Part shown: positions 34,953 through 47,916 of the stretch, one piece after another
Numbering within the stretch: the first letter of the stretch is position 1
How the letters are laid out: each line of letters starts with the position of its first letter
Assembly (NCBI RefSeq): GCF_018143015.1
Contig: NC_054742.1
Span: forward strand, 58,220,853-58,284,852
DNA length: 64,000 nt
Direction of reading: 5' to 3'
Origin: Lytechinus variegatus
Taxonomy: Eukaryota
The notes under the pieces: generated by a model
What the model saw: only the letters and a program-made list of their open reading frames with translations
The model's database searches: none
What the model was told of the DNA's origin: nothing
Program-made: the position numbers and the translations under genes

Positions 34953-35110
34953 AAACTGGGCGTTGTGGCGTACGTGCGCCTGTAATTCAAGCAGTGGGGA
35001 AGTTACAAATTGATGCAGAGGTTCGAGGTTCGAGCCCTGGTCACGTCTTTCGGATGGTGACGTTAAAGGTCGGTCCCAGACGTAAATAATCATATCTGAT
35101 TGATACACGT
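34953..35110 (+). ncRNA. 7SL (SRP RNA) Alu-domain-like sequence. This is probably a 7SL-derived SINE or fragment, not the intact gene.
   Basis: GGGCGTTGTGGCGTACGTGCGCCTGTAATTCAAGCAGTGGGG...GAGGTTCGAGCCCTGG resembles the conserved 7SL 5' Alu domain (GCCGGGCGCGGTGGCGCGTGCCTGTAGTCCCAGC...GAGTTCGAGACCAGCCTGG). No S-domain was seen. Confidence 0.3.
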
Positions 35111-35240
35111 CTGACAAAACTCAAATACACACACACCCAGGCTATTTGCTCCTTTTATATATTTTTTCTTGCCATCTTCTAAAGTTTACGTTATTGATAA
35201 TATACCCTAATCATATATCCTCTGTTTTTTATGCAAATTA

Positions 35241-35462
35241 TTTGGGTTCGAATCCTAGCCATGGCGTTTCCTTCAGCAAGAAATTTATCCACACTGTGCT
35301 GCACTCGACACAGGTGAGGTGAATGGGTACCCGGCAGGATTATTTCCTTGAATGCACTGAGCGCTGGTGATGGTAGCTTGAGCTAAAGCTGGGGTAATGA
35401 TAGCAGCGCTTTGTATCCTCAGGCAAAATGTGCTTTATAAATCCAGCTATTATTATTATTAT
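35241..35462 (+). mobile_element. SINE copy. Same family, with a 3' (ATT)n tail.
   Basis: GGGTTCGAATCCTAGCCATGGCG head remnant and central domain, then an attattattatt tail. Confidence 0.55.
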
Positions 35463-35989
35463 TTAACGCTCGCTTACTAGCGACGCTTACCACCGCAATT
35501 TCTCCCTTGAATTAGTTTTTAATTACACTCCCTTGAAATACGATTTGATAATTGTGTTCGCTTAATTCGCTCTTTCGCACTTGGATACTAACTGTAATCC
35601 AGTGGTTTACGTCACAACAAATCCATTACAATACAACCATCATTGTGATAGTCCATAAAATGATAGTAGTATTATTAAGAAGGAGGTCTCCCACATTTCA
35701 AAATGTATATATATATATATTTATATATACAGTCGCTGATGATCCTTCGGGTAAAACAGTCTGTACGACCAGCTTAGTTAAGCAATCCAACCAATAAATT
35801 ATTATATATATATATATTCTGCTATTTGCTTTGATAATTAAAAAAAATTACCAGGTATAACTATATTTAAATTAGATTGTTAGAATGTATGTATGCATAT
35901 GTTATTAATTATGTCATTTGCTTGTTATATTATGCTGAGAAAAAAATGATTACACTTGTATATACTTTTGTTACTGGAATGTGGAAATA

Positions 35990-36425
35990 AATAAATAAAT
36001 CAAATCAAATTATTACATTCCCCCAGTTTGTAAATTTGAATGACACTTAAGTTTCTTTATCATTTAAAATGAAGCGCATCAGATTAGGTCAAAAAATTGT
36101 ACATCATCCTGTTTTATAAAATTTCAATAAATCACAGAAGTTTCACCAACTATTTGCGCACTATTTTCCTTGTAATGAAGTTCAATAATCTTAGAAAATC
36201 AATTGAATTAGAGCCGATGGGGGTATTAGAGATATCTGCATTTGATGAAACGTCCGCCCTTTGAAATTTCAAAGTTCCATAGCTCTGCGCGAGGAGGAAT
36301 ATCTTCCTCCCGGCATAAATCTTAATTCTCCTCTGTTTTGCGAGTTAAGATGTGCACTGTCGCTAAAATTGTTTGTAATCAAATCTGATCTTTCCAAGGG
36401 AAGTATTCAACATAACTTAGAGCAG
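35990..36425 (+). repeat. About 430 bp repeat, copy A. An inverted partner lies at 43860-44300.
   Basis: The reverse complement of 43860-44300 aligns along its whole length at about 90 percent. It begins with (AAAT)n(CAAAT)n. Confidence 0.6.
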
Positions 36426-36579
36426 TGCTTCTGAACTTTTTTTTTTACTCGAGGACCACCTTGAATCTCAGATTTTTTTTCGAGGCCCACCAACTCAACT
36501 TAAAAAAAAAGGATATGACTATATACTGTCTCGACAATTATAAAGAGCATGTTAGTGCGTAACTCTCTGATCTTTTGCT

Positions 36580-36860
36580 GCAGTGGCGTAATGAGCCAAA
36601 AAATTGAGGGGCTTGATATGGTTTATATTGCGAACGAGCATGACGAGCAAGCAAAAATTTTGACATTTTTATTACAAATATCCAAGTTTGAGATAGATTT
36701 TGACACAATATTTTAAAAAATATATATTTTACCCTTATCCCTTTTCTTTTCTTCTCTTTCTTTTCTTTCCTTTTTCTCTCTTTTCTTTTCTTGGTCATGA
36801 AATATCTGGGGCTAAGGGCCCCCCATCTGTAAGCAAGTGTAATTCTGCTGTGAATAAAAT
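36580..36860 (+). repeat. Dispersed repeat (GCGAAATGAGCCAAAAATTTTGAGGGG...TTTTCTTTCCTTTT...CCCCCCATCTGT). A second copy lies at 57670-57910.
   Basis: The two copies align at about 80 percent. Confidence 0.5.
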
Positions 36861-37394
36861 CCAGCCTTTTTCCTCTCGAAACACTCTTTTGGCTTTCCTG
36901 CAATCTTCGGATGTTCTATGTTTAGGTGTTTCTGAAGCTCTGACGGTTTAAGCGCCTTATTTGACATTGTAACTTCAGCACATTCGACACACATTGATTT
37001 TGGTTTTTGCATCAATGTGCAGTTATGATAAATCCAAATTTAATGTATTCAGGGTCATGTTTTATTACAGATATTATGTCATGAATTAGATTCTCATTTC
37101 AAATTTAAAAAAAAATAACATTTTTGCTTGCTTGAACGATTTTGCCCGAGATATTACCACATTCAGATATTGCCTCCTCGTTTTGTTTGTTTGGGGGCTT
37201 ATATCATGTAAAGCCTGCTGCATGGAGGTAACAAATTTTGCATGGATGGCGATCCCCGGCGACGTACATGATCCCTATATTTATACATTTTATATATAGC
37301 TCCCCTCCAATTTCAAATGATCGAGAGCCTGATCATTTCCACCCCCCCCCCCCCGACAGACCAAAAATCTCACGAAATCGTCGCCAGGTTGAGT

Positions 37395-37525
37395 GTCACT
37401 TCTTGGGTCCGTTGCAGAAAGAGTTGCGTTTAAACGCAAGTCAAAAAATCAATCGCAAGTCCCAAATGCGCGCTGTTGATAGTTGAAAATCAAGTTGCGA
37501 TTGATTGCAAGTCTGCAACGGGCCC
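37395..37525. mobile_element. Small palindromic element related to the 21497 MITE (GGGTCCGTTGCAGAAAGAGTTGCG...GCAACGGGCCC).
   Basis: Inverted termini seen directly. Shares the aagagttgcg / atcaatcgcaa motifs. Confidence 0.35.
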
Positions 37526-40500
37526 CTGAATGTATTTTGACGTTATTATATTACAGTCGATATAAAGGCAGGAGTCAAAGTACGTGGCAAATTAGTACGA
37601 CATATACCCGGATATATGACACATCGGATGAGCTATACCGATATTCTCTTTCAGTATATTGTTGGCACAGGCACTACTGTATTTCCTGTTGTCATTGAAT
37701 ATTGATACTGCTTGCTTGTTGTCTCGTTATCATGCGGAAAATGTGATACTACTAAAATTTCGCTTTTGTATTAAATGCTCGTGGAAATATATCAGATCAG
37801 AACTTATAACTTGCCAACTATAGGATTCGACAGGTACATGTACTGCATGACTGTTTCACGTTAATGTTGTCGTCTGCTGCGATATCGAATAAGACTCGAA
37901 TAGATCGAGGGTAAGTACTTTGATCTAAAGATATAAACTCCGGGTATAAACTGCATGAATTGCGCCTATAAAAACCCTTGTTAATGGTACATATGCATCA
38001 GTTTCCGGGGTGATTATATACCTAAAAAAAGTTTCAGAGGTGTACATATCAAAGTTAGATGTAAAATCCAGAAGGAGTTATGGTAGTCGATGGTGCATTG
38101 ATTTGATTTGATTTGATTTATTTATTTCCGTTTCACAATAGTATAATGAACATAGCAATAATATAATAAACATAACAAAACAAGGTCGAAAATACTACGA
38201 AATATAATATGTATACATAAATAATCATAAATTTAAAGAACACAATTGAGTAAATAAATTTATCTGAAATGACATTTGTATTTGAAAGTAAAACGGAGGG
38301 GCTTGCCGAAAAAAGCAAAGCTTGTACAGGAATCTAGAAAAAAAAAATCTCCACTTGCCAATTCCAAATCTACATGGTTTGGTCTCTTCGATCCGTTTAT
38401 AAGAAGCATCTTATTGTTTGATATTTTTAAATTCAAGATCAATTTGATTTCCATTAAATACATGTATTTTCTTTTTACATTGGCATACAGCTATGTAGGC
38501 CTATCCGATCAATCACACCCTCTATCCCGCCCCCCCCCCTGCCCCCGATCTCCCCTGAACCCATTCTCTCTCCCTCTCTCTCCCTCTCTCTTCTTCTTCT
38601 TCACCCCGTTGTTTACTCCTCACTTGAAATAAAACTATGAAATCAATTGCATATACCGATGTATTATTTTCATGAAGGTTAATTAAACACACACCGTTTC
38701 CGTGTTTACACAGTATACAGCTCGAGGGTTCGACATGCGAGCCGTGCTCCATACGGCAATTTTATGCTGTGTAAACGCGAGTGTGATAGATAGATAGATA
38801 GATGGATAGATAAATGGTATTTATTGTGATAAAAATTCAATTAGCAGCCAAAGGCTGAATTGCATGAATTTGTACATAGTAAAATCTTAGTAAACAAACA
38901 AGCGAAACAGTAAAAAAAATAACAAAGTATACTAATGTATAATACTGGAAAGGGGATACAAAAAGAAAAGTATAGAGAGGGAGAAGTAATGTCAAATACA
39001 GGAATGGGGAAAGGTTAGGAGTAGACTAAATGTATATACCTTTAACATAATGCACATTTTAACATAAATATATATTTAACCAATTTTGAATGAATAACAA
39101 TACATGTAGATTGAAGAGAGGATTGTATGAAATTGCTTGCTTTGTAGAAAAGAAAAAAAATAAAGCTATTAATTGGGTGAAACTGAAGGAGGAAAACATG
39201 TATAAATATTATAAATGATACAGTAATCTGGGTTGGGATTGCTCTCGACATGCTTGATAATGATTCTAAATAAACACTGTGTTGATGGTAATAATAATAG
39301 TTGAAGGAATCGGAGTAATGAATGAATTATCTCAAAAGAAATTTAAATTAAATCCGCGAGCCGTGTCGATTACGGCTTTCTTGATCCGCCAAATTCTCGT
39401 ATCTGTCAATTACCCGCGAGCCGAGTCAGGCCATGGTCAGACTCGCCTATTTTTCGTCTGTAAACAGAAAACCGTGTCAATTAACCGGCGATTAACCCGC
39501 ATGTGAAGTCAAACACAGCATATTTTTGACGTCTGTTTAGTGATCCGCGGGCCGTGTCGCAAACTCGCCTTTTTGTTTCAGTATAAACACGATCACATTT
39601 TCCCTCTTTGCAGCGTTCGACCCTGCTTGAGGATTCAACAGTCGAACCGAGTCGTGTGTAAAGACGGTATCACCGAGTCCGAATACAACAAAATACATGT
39701 AGAACGTATTGAAAAAAAAAGAATGTGATCAGGTCAAAGTCTCAGAGATATACCTGTCTACATTTTTAAACCAGCAAGGCTATCCACTTATACTTATAAA
39801 TACATTTGCTTTCAGTTATAGGCTTACCCATTACATTTGCCCAAAAATTAACAAGTATATTTATAAATTTAACAAATGAAGGGAGTACCATTAGTAAAAT
39901 ATAAATCGCAAGGATTTTATATGAAAAAGTACATTCTTTTCATGAAATAGATAATTTCATGTATAACGATTTTTTTTTCATTCTTGTCTTACTTTGTTTT
40001 TACATGATTTCTTTTCGATGAAGCCTATATGGATTTGAACACCACCATATATTCTCGATATCATGACTATTATTTGTAACTCACTTCGGAAAGCAACTGA
40101 CTTGGCAACTCATCCGAATTGAGAAGTACATCCGTCAATGTCGTAGAGCCTAAAAACAATGTGTGATCATAAATATGGCGACGTCAATCAACATTACAAA
40201 TAAGCCTTGGTGAGTGATAATGATGAAAATCATATCTTTTATTCAAATCCATTTGAAGATTCTGCAGTGGAAAACGGGAAATCTAATAAACTCATCTCGA
40301 TATCACGCTAGAGCTAAGATTTTTATATAACACAAAAATAATCATCTGCTCTGACGCCCATGAAAAAAGATGTTATAATGCTATGTTTTACAAAATTATT
40401 GGCTGTAAAAATTTACTTTACACTAATATGACACAATAGGCAACATCTTTTCCATTATTCTAGAGAAGTTAATATGTCAAATCAATAATTAATAACTTTT

Positions 40501-40882
40501 CCCATAGGGAGGCAAATACACTCAGGGGTACCGCCGCAAGGTGGCAGCTTGGTCACTCCTTTGATTTATGAAATAATAAAATGTGAAAAATGAAGAAAAA
40601 ACAATAGGATTAACAAAGGTTGAGGAAGAAGAAAGAAGAACGTGAAAATAGAGATTTTATCTCTACAATACCCTCATTATTGGAGAAAAAAAAAACGAAG
40701 ACACAATTAGATATCCTTGCCCCCCATCGCCGCCCTTGATTATTATAATGTAATATACAATTATAATTATTAATCGTTCGTTATCAATTATTAATCGTTC
40801 GTTATTAATGAAGGTCAATATTGATTATAACATTTAGACAACATATAATTTCGTTGACTCTTTTTTCTCGATGAAGTAATAC

Positions 40883-40987
40883 ATGAACTATTATAAATTT
40901 ACTATGTTTACTGATGTGACATACAGGTGTGACGAACCAGTCATTGTACCTGTGCAAGAGCAGCTGGTCAAAGCAGCCGTTCTTCAA
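40883..40987 (+). CDS. Candidate first coding exon of an uncharacterised gene. Peptide: MNYYKFTMFTDVTYRCDEPVIVPVQEQLVKAAVLQ
   Basis: ATG at 40883, with an alternative at 40904. The ORF stays open to the donor caa|gtaagg, with phase 0 out. That phase matches the next exon. Confidence 0.4.
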
Positions 40988-42221
40988 GTAAGGATGATAT
41001 TAATTTTTATAAGTAGCTACGTATACGTCGCCATGGTGCTGGGGCGGTGTAATTGGGGACGGGGGGGGGGCAACCCCTCACTTTTTAACCTACAAAATGT
41101 TAAACAAATACCATCTTATTGCGTTTAGGGAACTTCCCCCTAGCCCTTTCCCCCTCCACGTTTGACCCAGCCCCAGCTGTAATATATACATTAAATCGAA
41201 TGCAATATATGACGAAACCAAAGACAGAGCTTTATTTTTCTCTATGAGTGGCCCTCTTGCGAAGCAAACAAAACTGAAACAAATTGGAATGACAATATTT
41301 GATTTTATATTTTATCTGGTTCTAAGTATGTATTGTTAGTGAATATCCAAAGTTCACTGAGTGTCCTATCAATAGTCATCAAACTTCTGGAAAAGATGCA
41401 GTTGCGAAATTTTGTGGATTTTTAAGGGGCCAGTTCCCCAAACACCCCCGTCTGTAGGCCGGTATTCTGAATTGTCTCTATATGGTCTGTAATAAACGGG
41501 ACCCCCCCCCCCCATCAAACATTGGATAGTTTTGGTCTCTTTCTCAAGGAGGGCCAATTTCTTGCTTTTTAAGACTGTAACCTCTGGAATATCGCTGGGG
41601 TAGAACCAATAGTCTTTATCTGGTCATAATAAATGCATAGCCTTTTTGATAATGTAAATTGAAAAAAAAAACACTACCTCTCCAATATACTTGGGCATCA
41701 TTCTGCACAGTACGTCAGTGTAGGGTCTGTTTTAATCCGAAAAAACACTGATTTCTGTGTTATCTATTATTTCCCAGTTTGACGACGAATGCTGACGACC
41801 TCATAATCATTTATGATTGAAATGGTCGTCACATAGATCGGCGGTCATGGCCTACTATTTATGACGAGTATCTGACTTCATTTAATTTTTATGCTTAAAA
41901 GAACAGGTAGTCTTTAAAGAACATTATTATAATAATTTCAAATAATTCGTGATATTTCAATGCATATGCATGATCTAATAGTCTTACAAAAAACAATAAC
42001 AATATTGGATTAAATTACTTTCCAGTTTGAATTATAACTGGGCTTTAGGCCTAAAAATAAATAAAAAGAAATTTATTTTTTTTTTCAAAATTCTGACCCA
42101 GACAATTTTAATCTTATGACAGTTTTGTCCTACGTGTATATTCACAGACATAATAACGATGACCTTTTGTTAGTAAGGGTGTTATCGTGTGTTTTTATTT
42201 CGATTTCTTTATAATGTGCAG

Positions 42222-42401
42222 GACACACATGCTGCCGCCCCTGAAAATAATCGGTTATTTTCAGTAGAGATCCTAAGAAACATAATCTCATCTGACAAAT
42301 TAACATCATCAGGTGATCAGGTGGACGGAAATGAGTCTTCCAGAGGAAAAGACTTTCCTTTCAAAGTGGTGACCCATCTGACGTCAAAAGGGTCAGCGAC
42401 G
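42222..42401 (+). CDS. Exon of the uncharacterised gene. Peptide: DTHAAAPENNRLFSVEILRNIISSDKLTSSGDQVDGNESSRGKDFPFKVVTHLTSKGSAT
   Basis: Acceptor ataatgtgcag, donor acg|gtaatt, phase 0 at both ends. Lies inside ORF track 42189..42479. Ordinary amino-acid composition. Confidence 0.45.
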
Positions 42402-43329
42402 GTAATTAAATTTTCAGTTCCTGTCCCAGTTACAATTTATTTATCCATAAAATTGATACAGTATTTGACAAGCAAATAACATCCGGTATACATTAACACT
42501 TGACAGATTTATCAATTAGAATATTTTTATATTTTCATTTCATTTATTTTCATATTTCGTTTTTTTTTTACATTTGTTTCATACAAAATAAGGCAACAAC
42601 AAACATGCATACAACGAAATTACATACAAATGAAAATGTACAAGTAACGTGATACAATCAGTCAAGTATTAAAAATACCTTGATCTAAGTCAATGAAATA
42701 TAATGGGACCTATAAAGGCAAGTTTGTAGAATTGCGGGCCCCGATGAAATATATTTGTAAGTAATGGAAGCCGGTTCAATTTTTATGACCTTATACACAA
42801 TAACGTGACACTGTTTTCAATACAATATTATCTGCTAAGATACACTGTTAAAAAAACCCCTGATTTTACAGAAAAAACAAGATTTTGCAGAAAGCAATAA
42901 CAGAATAATTCTGTATATTCATTAATCATGAATTTTTCTACAATTTAGCAGAACAGGGACCCGTTGCATAAAAAGTTGCAATCAATCGCAACTCCAAAAA
43001 TCATGCGCAACTTGATTTTCAACCAATCAGCAGCGCGTATTTTGATCTCGAAGGGGAAAATGGTGTTTTATTTAAGGAAATTTGTAAGGTTCCATACACC
43101 AAATACCAATTTCCTGTAATTGAACATGATACAATGTAAGATTAGGCAATCTGGTAAGATTACAGGTGTTCTCAGGCGCGTACGCAGGATTTTTGAAAGG
43201 GGGGGGGGGGGGGCTTTCGAGCATATTTTTTTTTTAAATCTCCCGCCCAGTCTCTAAAAAGTGATGAGCGGGGGGGAGGTGATGATTTTTTTTATATTTT
43301 TTTTTCAGCGCTGCAAATAAGACAATAAC

Positions 43330-43500
43330 ATTTAAGTGGGGATGGGTATGTAACAGTGCGGTCATGACCCGCGAGCGAGCAGAAATGTTCTCGTTTTTGC
43401 GTTGAAAACATAACCTTTTTGTCAATAGTTTGTTGGTATCATAGTCGATGCTACATGTCCTTCGGATCGTAGCACTCATGATATGGCCAACCGCGTAGCC
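43330..43500 (+). repeat. Single unit of the about 180 bp satellite (GAGCGAGC...GAAATGTT.TCG.GTTTTT.CGTTGAAAACATA...).
   Basis: Aligns to the units at 44990-45640. Confidence 0.5.
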
Positions 43501-43859
43501 AGGATTTCATTTTGGAGGGGGCGGTAAATGCACGCGAAGCGTGCGAACACTTACAGAGCGCGCGAAGCGTGCTCCCTAGGGGGTGGGTGCAGGGAGGGGG
43601 AGTTTCCCCCTCCCGCGCGAAGCGCGAAGCTTTTAGTGTTTCATAAATTAAAATGAAAAGGAGCCGTTTCTCTTGTCTCTAGTACCTCCAATTCGGTTGA
43701 CTATATTGCGATTTTGAACCTTGTTTTCAAAAGTGATTGTAAACGCGCACAAAAGAGGTATACAATGGAGGAAATTAAAATGATAATAACTCCGCGCGAA
43801 GCGCGGAAGCTAAAGTGATTTATCAATTTTTCTTGCCATAAAAAGGGTCCCGAGAAAAG

Positions 43860-44300
43860 GGTATTCTCAAAGATATATTGAAACTTTCTTTGGAAAGATC
43901 AGATTTGATTACAAACAATTTAGCATCAGTGCATATTTTTAACTCGCAAAACAGAGGAGAAGATTGGTAGAGGAAGATATTCCTCCCCGCGATGAGCAAT
44001 GAAACTCTGAAATTTCAAAGGGCGGACGTTTCATCAAATGTAGATATCTCTAATACCCAATCGTCTCTAATTCAATTGATTTTCTAAGATTATTGAACTT
44101 CATTACAAGGAAAATAGTGCGCATAAATATGAAACTTCTGTGATTTATTGAAATTATCTATCTATATAATAAAGGATGATTATTTTTTTTGACTTATCCT
44201 GAAGCGCTTCATTTTGAATATAAAGAAACTTAAGTGTCATTCAAAATTTCAAATTGAGGGCGCAAAACAGGACAGGAGATGAATGTATACAGGGAAATGA
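43860..44300 (-). repeat. About 430 bp repeat, copy B. Inverted relative to copy A, 7.4 kb away.
   Basis: See copy A. Confidence 0.6.
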
Positions 44301-44879
44301 CATGAAGTTTAATACAATTTGATAAAAAAATATTGCACTTTTTTATTTAATACGACACGAATTCCATACCTTCCTCTTTTTAAATTAGGAACCTGTTTGC
44401 CCCCAAATTATGGTTGTTTATAGTAATGAGCTGAAAAGCGGGAGAAGCTGACTTTATGGAGGTGACGGCAGAAACTGATATAAAGATTTTACCCGCTCGG
44501 AGCAGACCAGACCAGAAGTTGCGCGATCAATTGAAAAAAAAAGATAACTTCATACATTTACTTCGGCCTAACCTTACTCAAATTCATGCCCTAATGTATA
44601 CAATTTTAACTTTAACTGGCAAGAAGCACATAGCTGAGGTGGAAAAACAGGGTTAGAGAAAAGGTGGGGGAACAATGGAGAACTTCAATATTGTCATTTA
44701 ACCGCGCGCAGCGCGGAAGCAAAATTCATATATGAATTTAAAGCAAGAATAGTGAAGGAGTTTCTCTTTTGAGAAAAAAATAAAGAATAAATAGAAAAAA
44801 CACAAAGCTACCTTTCTTCCCTTTCCTTCCTTCCCTTTTCCTTTTCTCCTCTCCTTTTTTCCCTTTTTTTTCTTTTTGG

Positions 44880-44947
44880 GGACGTTTTGGGCCATATCCA
44901 GGCGCGTAGCCGGGGGGGGGGGCGGTTGCCCCCCCTGGCTACGCGCC
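44880..44947. repeat. 68-bp perfect hairpin: GGCCATATCCAGGCGCGTAGCC-G10 / C7-GGCTACGCGCCTGGATATGGCC.
   Basis: Exact reverse-complement arms around a G/C homopolymer centre. The same CCAGGCGCGTA(C/G)C motif next to G-tracts recurs at 43178-43230, 43485-43510 and 45765-45800. Confidence 0.7.
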
Positions 44948-44989
44948 TGGATATGGCCTTGATCAGAACACTAGAAACTTGAGAAATGT

Positions 44990-45640
44990 CATGAATAATT
45001 ACGAGCGAGCGGAGCAAGCGAGCCGAAATGTTTGCGTTTTTCCGTCAAAACATACAATTCTTCTCAATAGCTTGTTGGTAATGATTACATATTAGTTGAT
45101 GATACATGTCCTTCTGCTCGTAAGTCTCATGATATGGCCTTGATCAAGAGACTAGAAACTTAAGAAATTTCATAAATTATTACGAGCGAGCGGAGTGAGC
45201 GAGCCGAAATTTTCGCGTTTTCCCGTCAAAACATACATTTCTTGTCAATAGTTTGTTAGTAAATCAAGTATTAGTCGATGCTACATGTCCTTCTATTCGT
45301 AACACTCATAATACGGCCTTGAACAGGAGACTAGATACTTATGGAATTTCATAAATTATTACGAGCGAGCGGAGCGAGCTAACCGACATTTTAGCGTTTT
45401 CCGTCATTTTGGTTTTCATATTGGTAAAACATATTTTGTAAGAAAACGTATGTCTTTGTCTTGGTTCACTTGTATTCATAAGTATACATCATGATAATCA
45501 TGTATGGCCTTGTTAATGGCGATACCGTGATCATGTCGGCGACATGCGGAAATAAAAGATATAATAAAATGGAGCGAGCGAAGCGAGCGGAATTTTTTTC
45601 TGTGTTTTTCGTCGGAAACATGAGATTCTGTTCATTATTG
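44990..45640 (+). repeat. About 180 bp satellite, at least 4 tandem units (ACGAGCGAGCGGAGCGAGCGAGCCGAAATnTTnGCGTTTTnCCGTCAAAACATACA...CATGATATGGCCTTGA...).
   Basis: Units visible at about 44990, 45170, 45350 and 45570 (partial). Confidence 0.65.
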
Positions 45641-45869
45641 TCTTACTGTCCGTAACCAGACCAAGGAGTTATCAGGCTCTTGCCCGATAACTCCTTGACC
45701 AGACCGACCTCTGGGGAGACAAGCAAAAAAAAAAAAAAAAAAAAACGAAAAGGGGGGGGGGTTAAACCCCCGAAACCCCCCCTTGCGTACGCGCCTGGGT
45801 GTTCTCGCGACTCTGCTGCAGGTGTAGACACCCAAGGAAAACCAAAAAAGTTATAAACAAGTTCTATTA

Positions 45870-46474
45870 AAGGACAAGTCCACCCCAACAAAAACTTGAT
45901 TTGAATAAAAAGAGAAAAATTCAACAAGCAGAACATTGAAAATTTCATCAAAATCGGATGTAAAATAAAAAGTTATGACATTTTAAAGTTTCGCTTCATT
46001 TCATAAAACAGTGATATGCACATTTCGGTCGGTATGCAAATGAGGGAACTGATGACATCACTCACTCACTGTTTCTTTTGTATTTTATTATATGAAATAT
46101 GAAATATTTTGATTTTCTTGTCATTGTCATGTGAAATGAAGTTTCATTCCTCCCTGAACACGTGGAATTCCATTATTTTAACATGTTGTGCTTCAGGCAA
46201 GGAGGTCCTAATCATCAAATTCGTAAAAATTGAAATATTGTATAATTCAAACAATAAAAAAACAAAAGAAATAGTGAGTGAATGACGTCATCAGCTCTCT
46301 CATTTGGATGTAACTGGCTCGTTCATATAACTATTTTTGTTGAAAATAAGCGAAACTTTGAAATGTCATAACTTTCTTATTTTACATCCGATTTTGATGA
46401 AATTTTCAGCATTGTGCCTGTCTGATTTTTCTCTATTGATTCAAATCAACATTTTTCTGAGGTGGATTGACCTT
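45870..46474. mobile_element. Foldback MITE copy 2. Same family, TA TSD.
   Basis: More than 90 percent identical to copy 1 over the arms. Flanked by tatTA|AAGG ... CCTT|TAaac. Confidence 0.75.
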
Positions 46475-46992
46475 TAAACACAATCATGTTCCCTTTTTGG
46501 CCACTAACGACAGGTTCCACTACAGACGGGTGCTACATCTTTGTTCTATGTTACTATGTCGTTTATCTGTACATGTGAACGAATCCTTCAATTTCTTCAA
46601 TTTCTTCAATGCCTTCGGTGGATCCCCTCATTTGATCTATTGTTTCACACCCCCACAATATGACGTCACGGACTTCCACCAATGCATATGATTGATTGAT
46701 TGCTGCATGTTTGCTTGCTTGATTGATTGATAGATTTTATTTCTCACGATGAAAACAATACAAAATACATACATTCAAATAATAAAAACATAGTAATTGA
46801 ATTAATAATATAGAACAGATATAAACTTACGAGAAAAAACAGGGTAAAACAAAAAAAAAATCTACAAGGAACTTGAATATCCCAGTTGCAAAATACGACT
46901 GTGGAATACATAAACATAAAATAAAATTTGATGTATATTTGTGATAGAAATGAAATAAACGTCTTAAAGATTTGAATCTTAATTTTGTGTAG

Positions 46993-47166
46993 GACGAAGA
47001 TAGTGGAGATCGAGAATGCCACTACGCGTCTTCAGCAGAAGAAGCTTTACAGATCTACGAAGATCTTTACAAGCAACATGCTTCAACGGGAGAAGGCGGG
47101 ATATCGATGGAACCTGTCTCATCAGTCAATAACTCACGATGGATCGGCTCAGAAGCCCTCAGAAAG
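46993..47166 (+). CDS. Exon of the uncharacterised gene. Peptide: DEDSGDRECHYASSAEEALQIYEDLYKQHASTGEGGISMEPVSSVNNSRWIGSEALRK
   Basis: Acceptor ttttgtgtag, donor aag|gtaaaa. Two frames are open here. I chose this one because it exits in phase 0, which the next exon requires. The ORF-track frame exits in phase 1. Confidence 0.5.
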
Positions 47167-47916
47167 GTAAAATATTAATCGCGGGCGTACGGATTGGGTC
47201 TTGGGGGCCACGGACCCAACACAATTTTAACGAAGTAAGGAAAACGAAAAAAGAAAGAAAAGGAAAGGTAAGGGTAGAAGAGAGTAAAATATGATACTAT
47301 TTTGTCTGAATGTTATATCAAAATCTATCAAAAGTTTATTTTTGTGTATTAAAGAGGTTAATTTTTGGCTCACTCGCAGCATTTAAAACAAAGATTGGTC
47401 AATTCATGCCAAGATCTTATTTCCATACGACCTATTGAGTTTGCTGTATAGCTGAAACTTAAGATAGTTTATGTATATGAACCCTGGCTTATAAGTTTAC
47501 ATAGGTGCTGCTTATAACAGATTATTTGTTGTAATCATATTTTCTGCCCTTTTTTTCTTGTTCCTATTTTTTCTTACCTTGTAAGTGTGATTATTCGGGA
47601 TTTCTTCAATCTCATTGAATAACTGTAAATATTGTAATTTGATCTGTTTCTTAATAAAAAACATAAATAAAAAAGATCTTATTTCCATGCCATCCAATTA
47701 AAAACGCATTTTATTTTATTCTGTTTTCTTCCGTATTTTGGGGGCGGGGAGACACTATTTTGTGTTATGTACTGAAATTTCAACGAAAGATTGTTCTTGG
47801 TATCGGCTCAAACGCAAAGATTCGGTGTCTAATAATTGCCAGAATATAATAAATGTATTAAGTAATGACATCACTTGACTGCATACATGATGATTTCTCA
47901 TAATTATTTTGTACAG

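Noticed and set aside
35723-35790. Small C/D-box-like hairpin (GTCGC-TGATGA-..CCTTCGGG..-CTGT-ACGAC) inserted in a (TA)n tract
   Set aside because: It is only about 45 nt, the D box is not CUGA, and no guide region is evident. More likely this is a short insertion or footprint.
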